The notes under the pieces: generated by a model
What the model was told of the DNA's origin: nothing
Databases searched by the model: none
The model's input: only the letters and a program-made list of their open reading frames with translations
NCBI GenBank assembly: GCA_951406725.2
Contig: OX597817.1
Location: 55,180,001-55,244,000, forward strand
Origin: Octopus vulgaris
Lineage: Eukaryota
Direction of reading: 5' to 3'
DNA length: 64,000 bases
Part shown: piece by piece, positions 56,288 to 64,000 of the stretch
Numbering within the stretch: the first letter of the stretch is position 1
Layout of the letters: each line of letters starts with the position of its first letter
Made by a program: the position numbers and the translations under genes

Positions 56288-56438
56288 GTATATATTTATA
56301 TATATATATATGTGTGTGTGTGTATGTGTTTGTCTATGTATGTATATATTCATATATATACTTATATATATATATATGCACATATATGTATATATATATA
56401 TATGTATGTATATGTATATATATATATGTATATATGTG

Positions 56439-56469
<31 letters not shown>

Positions 56470-56648
56470 GTATGTATATATATATGTATATATACATATG
56501 TGTGTATGTTTATATATATATATATGTATATATATGTATATGAATATATGTATATATATGTATATATATGTGTATATATACATATGTATATATATATGTG
56601 TGTATATATAAATATATATATATATATACATATATATAATATATATAC

Positions 56649-56694
<46 letters not shown>

Positions 56695-56740
56695 CATATA
56701 TATAATATATACATATATATATATATGCATATATACATAA

Positions 56741-56808
<68 letters not shown>
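56215..56808. repeat. Long degenerate (TA)/(TG) microsatellite, representative of many such tracts
   Basis: Direct inspection. Confidence 0.95.
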
Positions 56809-56813
<5 letters not shown>

Positions 56814-57280
56814 AGGGTGTGATAAGTGGGGCGGAGGAAATATTTTCTCTACCACTATAGGTAATTATATGGAAACGAAATTGAAAATTGATCGAAATAT
56901 ATTGATATGAGCGAGAAACATGGATAAAATATCAAAGCAGTATATATATTATTGGATATTGTGATTGATTGATTGGATGTTCTGATTGTATATCAATACA
57001 TGCACAATTATAGATGAGTATTAGACAAACAAACAAGAGAAACAGCCGCTAACATACGCATTTGTACAAACACATGCAGACAAATAAACCGCATGTATAA
57101 TGTACACACGCACGATTGTGCTATCAGCAAATAAGATGGCCGCAAATGCCCATGGACACACAAGTACAATACATGTGTATATACATACTTATTTGTATGT
57201 GTGTGTATTTTGATACTTATAGATACGTACACATACATATTTATAAACATATATATATATATATAAATCATATATACAGT

Positions 57281-57316
<36 letters not shown>

Positions 57317-57747
57317 TGAAGAAATAAAGAAATACACACGCTCACATACATATATATAATGGGATAAAATTATGAACAGTCATACAACTGTTATCAAGTC
57401 AGATAATGGCATTTATATATTTAAAAGTGAAGACAGAATCGTTAGTGGAGTACAGATCATAAGAGGTCGATAAAAGATCAGATGAAGAATGTTCATACTG
57501 GTGTCGGTATATACTAGTATTCCTTGGTAATAGTTATTCAATAAGTCCAAAGAATTGCTATTACGTAAAGCTGGTCATAGTAAGGCGAAATCCAAAGCAG
57601 GATAAGAAGAAAGGATTATGGAAAGAAAGCGTGCAGAGATTCCATTGAGATTCACGACTCAAACTCTATTCTTTCATATTCCAAATTTTTTTTTTTATTT
57701 CAACCTACGTCCTTCTCGTAATTCCAATACGATGGCTTAACCAAATA

Positions 57748-57978
57748 TCTCTTTACTACCCACAAGGGGCTAAACATAGAAGGGACAAACAAGGACAGAC
57801 AAATGGATTAAGTCGATTACATCGACCCCAGTGCGTAACTGGTACTTAATTTATCAACCTCGAAAGGATGAAAGGCAAAGTCGATCTCGGCGGAATTTGA
57901 ACTCAGAACGTAACGGCAGACAAAATACGGCTACGCATTTCGTCCGACGTGCTAATGTTTCTGCGAGCTCGCCGCCTT
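57748..57978 (-). mobile_element. SINE family B
   Basis: Family match. Confidence 0.9.
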
Positions 57979-58289
57979 AACTCCCCGGAAATATTAAATA
58001 TAATATAGTCTTAACTGCAAATACAATAGTTTCTGTCTTGGAATATGTGCTCTGTAATCATACCCTGGGGTACAGCATAAGCATATATACATACATGCAT
58101 CCATACATGCTATATACATGCATATATAAATACATAAATACATACCTACACATGTGTGTATGCCTGTGTATGTACATAAATATACACACAGGCGTATATA
58201 TATATTTATTTATACATAGGTGTATTTATACACACACATAAAGAAGCGTAAAGAGATTGGGAAAAATAGATAGAAACTAAAAGATAGAC

Positions 58290-58368
<79 letters not shown>

Positions 58369-58779
58369 GCTAAAGGAAATAATTTAAAGTGTACAATTGC
58401 ATGAATTCGGATAATTAAGTTAATGGGTCATGTAGCGAATGCTCTAGGCAATAAATTAAGTATTGAAATTTGGAAAAAAATATCTAAGTGGCAGCTATTA
58501 AGGACACTTATAGGCACGAGGAAATATTTTTCGAAAATTTAGAAGAAATTCCTCAAGTTAATTGATAATGTTGATTTTGGTAAAAATATATTTAATTCTT
58601 TTTCTGTTTAAGAGACATCAATTTACTAATTTACGAGTTGGGTTAGAATCTAACCGTTAGGTAGTACATTCCGGAAGAAGGTAGACATGCCGAAGCAGAC
58701 GATCACAGCTGCCATACGCCTTTAAAGAAACAGCAGTGATTCGTAACCGCAAGTAATGTGTTTAAAATGTTTCAGTTTA

Positions 58780-59830
58780 TCTCCCTTTCTATTTGAGAGT
58801 CGCTATCAATTGACTTCCTTATTTCTGTTCCAAAATCCGAACCAGTCATCCAAGAATATTTCCCAGCTTCGTTTTAGATAGGATTGGAAATCCTGATCAA
58901 ACGTAATCCCTGAAGGGGCATAGATTTTTTTTCTTCAAGAAATATAATTATTAGTGTTGCAGCTGTTGGTGCAACTTTCATTCCATTACCATTTTTGTAT
59001 TTGGAACAAATATTGGTTTTCAGAGGAAAAGAACTTATTTTTTTAGCTCCAGTTGCAATCCTCCATGTATGAATTCTTTAAGGGATTTCTTGTGATTGCT
59101 GTGTGGGATCCTTGTAAATGCAGAATCCTACTGCTTTTAAAACTCATCCTTGGAGGATATTTGTATAGATGATGGCCACGTCAAAACTATCCAGGTCAGT
59201 TTCAATGTTAATAACAAGTTTCATCAGATGTGTCACGGACTATATTCCAACTATATTCCAGAAAGGAATGTAGCCTTTGTAATCAGCTTCAATCATTGTA
59301 ACTGCAATGTATTACAATACTACAGCAATCATAACTAATTAGAAAATGTAAGAATCACAAATTATCAACTACCGAAGACAACCACCGAAGACAACCACTG
59401 AAACTTGAATGGTCTTTAACAAATAAGAAATTCACTTCAGAACAAGAAATAATGAGGACAACTAACTGCGCAGATTTCCGTTGTGGGGCGTGTGAAATAA
59501 TTCAACCAGAAACAAACAAAAAATTCAAAAATTAAACACCTTCGAATGCTAGTCCAAATATGAATGTCAAAGCAAAGCAATTTTATTTACATGCCCACGA
59601 TGCCATGAGAGTTATACCGGCCAAAATATATTCATCGGTTTAGGATACATAAATAACGAATTTTTTTAAAAAAATCATCTTTTAAAAATTTTCCAAATAG
59701 TGAAAATATAAATATTTGTGCACATGGAAAAGTTAAAATATTCACTATTTTAAAAGAACGGAAGAAAGATTATCAGCTATTAAGCAAAAAATAATATATA
59801 ACAATTCTAAATTTGAAACTAAACTGGAAA
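58780..59830. pseudogene. Decayed, rearranged PLE: RT pieces on minus (58780-59150); RT motif and GIY-YIG pieces on plus (59160-59830)
   Basis: Minus: GMKVAPTAATLIIIFLEEK and FLDDWFGFW; plus: VSFNV..LYSN, CADFRCGAC, FTCPRCHESYTGQ, NICAHGKVKIF. Confidence 0.65.
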
Positions 59831-60002
59831 TAGGCAACACCGCTATGAAAAACAATTTCTTCTATATAGATTACTCCGTGGCTTGTTTGCTTGGAAAGCT
59901 GTAAACAGCCACAGCGCTTGATACCGTATGAAATCTTCATTCTCAAAGACTAGTGTCGTATTCTTAGCTTTAAAAAATGTTTAACTTAAGAAAATCTTGC
60001 TT

Positions 60003-60057
<55 letters not shown>

Positions 60058-60059
<2 letters not shown>

Positions 60060-60386
60060 AGACAATTGTGTCATTGAGACCCAAAGGTGCCAGGTAATGC
60101 TGAATAAGTGCTATAGACACACAATAGTTAAGTTCCAGATACGGTAATTTTGTGAATAAAGGGTTCAATGTTGATTCTATGTCAGCGTCTGTATATAAGA
60201 ATTTTTTGCGTAATGGGATAAAAAACGAAGGCTATATAGATATTAGAGCATTTATAGATAGGTCTCCGATGAACGGATAATATTAATTAGTATCCTAGAA
60301 ACAGCTGTAAGACCTTCTATCTATAAATGCTCTAATATCTATACAGCCTTGGTTTTTTATCTCATTACGCAAAAAATTCTTATATA
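60058..60386. mobile_element. Foldback element: ~70-bp inverted arms (60192-60261/60317-60386) directly enclosing an HHR
   Basis: TATATAAGAATTTTTTGCGTAATG...ATAGATAG and its reverse complement; TA flanks; minus-strand LAPLGLN resembles a PLE endonuclease end. Confidence 0.75.
60260..60315 (+). ncRNA. Hammerhead ribozyme, U4C core variant
   Basis: AGGTCT-CCGATGA-AC-GGATA(11 nt)TATCC-TA-GAAA-CAGCTG-T-A-AGACCT; perfect 6-bp helix I. Confidence 0.75.
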
Positions 60387-60406
60387 TATATATATATATA
60401 TATATA

Positions 60407-60448
<42 letters not shown>

Positions 60449-61907
60449 TATATATATATATAAATATATATATATATACGCCATGTATATTTTAGGAATT
60501 TTTTGTTAGTGGATGTTTATTTGTATTCTATTGTCTTTTAATTAACAATTGTACATGGAGAGCCTGGTGATATTCCATATTCCTTTTCTTTATATTTCTG
60601 AATACGAACATGTTATTGAAGCTGTTCTGTTGCAATCTATCTTTCTAATGCCTATTCATAGTGTCTGCATCCACTTTAAACTGACATCACCTCGGTTTTA
60701 TAAATAATTGCTTCAATCTTAAATAGCGATGTTGTTTTTGTAAGTTTTGAGTGTTCGTCTAACAACGACGATAAATTCCATTCACCTGCTGTTGAGTTTT
60801 CTCTTTTCTCCGACCAACGCAAAATATTGTTGTCACTTACTTCGGCAATTCCATCAAATTGCAAAGTTGAATTCATGCTCATCGTTGAATGCATGCTCAT
60901 ATATAATTTGGTGTCTGTCCCTGGGCCTCCATTACTTTCTTAGTTATCACAGAGAAATCTCATATAGTCATCAATCACATGCCTAGCAACCCTTATTCAT
61001 GAATGCCACCATTGTTTACTTTTAGAGTTTTTGATGAATCTACTTCAACTAATTCTGAGTTAATGGGACACATTAGTAATCGTTTGAATGGTTTGGAATA
61101 ACATTGAAATCGTCTTTAATTCATTATTGTCTAAATTCCAGAAAGATGGTAAAAACACCTTAGGTGATGCTTTCTTAGATGCTCTATCTTTGAATAAAAT
61201 TCAGGATGCTCCCATTTGTAATACCTACGACGATGTGTCTGTTTCGTCAAAACTGATATGGAGTAAAATTACCTTTATTACTAAATCTTCAGTTTAATTA
61301 TTTCAAATTCATTCTTTTCCTTCCATCAACATTCTTCACCAACTTATCTTCCATATTCTTCAGTTACATCTCATCATTCTACAAACCAATAAAATGTTTG
61401 TATTCTTTGCCTCCCTCTACGGACAATATTACTTCAATGAGACATACTGGAAGACCAGATATTTTAACCCCAACAGTTTTTGCAGAAATTACCAAGTGGA
61501 ACGATGTGCAAAGTGTGCAGACTAATAAACACCAGTCGCTGCCACCAAATGGCATCAAATTCATAAAGGTAGTCGACAAATCTTCCAGGGCGAAAGCAAC
61601 GGAAGGTGACCCGTTGCTATTTTGCGTTCAGCCTCAGAACGAATGATACAAGCAAACCAGAGAGACAGACTTGTAGTCTCAAGGGAGACAGTGGTGACAT
61701 CATATCGACCAGAGATGTTCCTACTCTCCAAAAATACAAAAACAATCATCACGGTCGGATTCACATTGCCCTGAGAGGAGAGACTTGATATTTCCCACCA
61801 GATAAACAAATTGTAATATTAGGACAAGAGATGACATGCGGCCTCATTCCCCCATTGATTTCGACTGCCGCAGCCTTCCATGTAGATCAGCGCACAATTT
61901 CCTGCTG

Positions 61908-62203
61908 AAATGGATTTGTGAGTGGATTTGGTAGACGGAAACTAAAAAGAAGGCCGTCGTATATATGTATGTGTGTGTATATATGTTTGTGTGTCTATGT
62001 TTGCCCCCCACCAACATCGCTTGACAACCGATGCTGGTGTGTTTACGGCCCCGTAACTTAGCGGTTCGGCAAAGGAGTCCGATAGAATAAGTACTAGGGT
62101 TACAAAGAATAAGTTCCTGGGGTCGATTTGCTCGACTAAAAGCGGTGCTCCAGCATGGTCACAGTCAAATGACTGAAACAAGTAAAAGAGTAAAAGAGTA
62201 AAG
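61908..62203 (+). mobile_element. SINE family A, 5'-truncated
   Basis: Family match with (AAAGAGTA)n tail. Confidence 0.88.
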
Positions 62204-62714
62204 ATTAGAAAAATAAAGATTAGAAATGCGTTTATGAGTAGCATCGGACAAATAATAATAATCTTTTTTTAAATGTTGTCACAAACTCAGTAAATTTGAA
62301 GTGTTCGGTAAGAGAATAGCATCAACCTTGGTACTCAGCTGGTACTTTATTTTACCGACCCCGACAGAATGAAAGGCAACGTCGACCTTGGCATGACTTG
62401 AACTCAGTGTAATATTTCGTTTGACAATCTAGGCTTGTTTTCTCTGGTTGTAGGTTTTGTTGGGAGGGAGTTAAGTTTATCGATCCTGGAAGAATGAAAG
62501 GCGATGTTAACCCCGGTAGAGTTTAAACCCCTGATGCAAAGGCCTCTAACAAGACATTGCGTGGTATTTTGTCGGGAAGGATTCAGTTAAAACACAGGCT
62601 CCTGTATCTATAATGGCCGGCAATATCTATGCAACCCTGATTGGTGTCGGCGAAAAATTTCATAATGATGATGAAAGTAAAAAGGAATAGATAAACCGAT
62701 GATGATGATGATAG

Positions 62715-62776
<62 letters not shown>

Positions 62777-63261
62777 GTGATAGTGGTGGTTATGATGATG
62801 ATGATGATGATGATGATAGACGATGGAGAAAAACTCGCTCGTATCTCTGTGAAGTTAATATATATCATTCTTGGTGATCTTTAAAAATGGTTATTTTCGA
62901 CAAATGTATTTGACTTTATCATTTGCAATTTTATTTACTTTTAGCACGCTGCTTTCTTCCTCTAGTAGCCAATTTCCAAGAACTAATTCCTTGTCTTATA
63001 CAGATCCAATTCTTTCAGCAATGAGAGAGGGAGAGAAAGAGCAAGAGAGAGCCTGGCTTGGAATTTTTCCAAACACGGCTTGACCTTTTTGTTGTCAATT
63101 AATTGTTACCATTTTCGCAATTTTATTTTCAATTTGCAGTCATGAATCCACTTGACACCAGCAAAATAAGCTGCCAACGACCATATAACTTAATAAACCG
63201 CAGCAAATTGAATTCTTGTAGCCAGGCTATTGAGAAAACAATAATAATAATGATGATGATG

Positions 63262-63334
<73 letters not shown>

Positions 63335-63379
63335 TAAAAATAAGGAGGAGGAGGGGAAGGGGGATGGTGGTGGTGATGG

Positions 63380-63421
<42 letters not shown>

Positions 63422-63795
63422 AACAACAACAACACCAGCGATGAGCGTTTCTAATTCTGCAGACAAAAATTTCGCAGTCAAAGAAGTAGAAAAGATTCGG
63501 AAAAATGAACAATCCAAATGGAAGCATCAAGGATGTGGTGATATCCAGAAGCAAATGCTAAAGTTTTAATGGCTATCTTGGCACAGTAAATTCGGCTCCA
63601 ACAAAACTATTGGACTTGATTGGACAGATTGGACTTGAAGACAGGCAACCTATTGCTCCAAAATTATATCGCCCTGTAAGTGCACATAGATGGAAAGGTA
63701 CTTAATGCCTGAGAAATTTTGTCCAGGCTCAGGAGTTGGCAAGAAAAAAAATCAACAACAAAAACTAGTATTTTGTATCTACCCTACGAAATGAA

Positions 63796-63870
<75 letters not shown>

Positions 63871-63871
<1 letters not shown>

Positions 63872-64000
63872 TTGGAACCTGAAGACTAAAACAATACCTG
63901 TTGTCATAGGTGCCCTGGGAATGATAGCGAAAGGGGCTGATTGCTACCTAACTCAGATACCAGGAAACCCCAGAATGGCAGAAATTCAAAAGATAGTGCT
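63871..64000 (+). mobile_element. Dong/R4-like 3' fragment after (TAA)n, running off the window
   Basis: WNLKTKTIPVVIGALGMI...EIQKIVL. Confidence 0.75.

Noticed and set aside
60480-61900. Unique-looking stretch that may be a decayed DNA-transposon ORF on the minus strand
   Set aside because: Only fragmentary frames and no motif I can identify with confidence; needs tBLASTx

Overview
AT-rich, microsatellite-saturated eukaryotic DNA. The SINE families and (TA)n/(CA)n landscape resemble an octopus/coleoid genome (inference from recall, not verified). No host gene is confidently identified; one candidate exon is noted. Nearly all ORFs in the track are microsatellite artefacts. The real coding content is transposon-derived: a CR1/L2-like LINE (8764-11492), a Penelope-like element (PLE) with RT and GIY-YIG domains plus an inverted pseudo-LTR (15757-18842), a Tc1 DD34E element with IR/DR ends (21854-23464), Dong/R4-like fragments in (TAA)n, decayed PLE and mariner pieces, MITEs, a Helitron and many tRNA-derived SINEs. 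The main unannotated signal is a dense set of short foldback elements, mostly in (TA)n tracts, carrying minimal type-I hammerhead ribozyme (HHR) folds. About a dozen loci from many unrelated sequence families keep the same architecture (helix I, core, helix II, GAAA, usually palindromic helix III, NUH) while the catalytic 3-8 pair covaries (C-G, G-C, U-A). Several share an asymmetric 'inverted copy plus extra tail' geometry with the long PLE. All folds were read by eye and none was computed.
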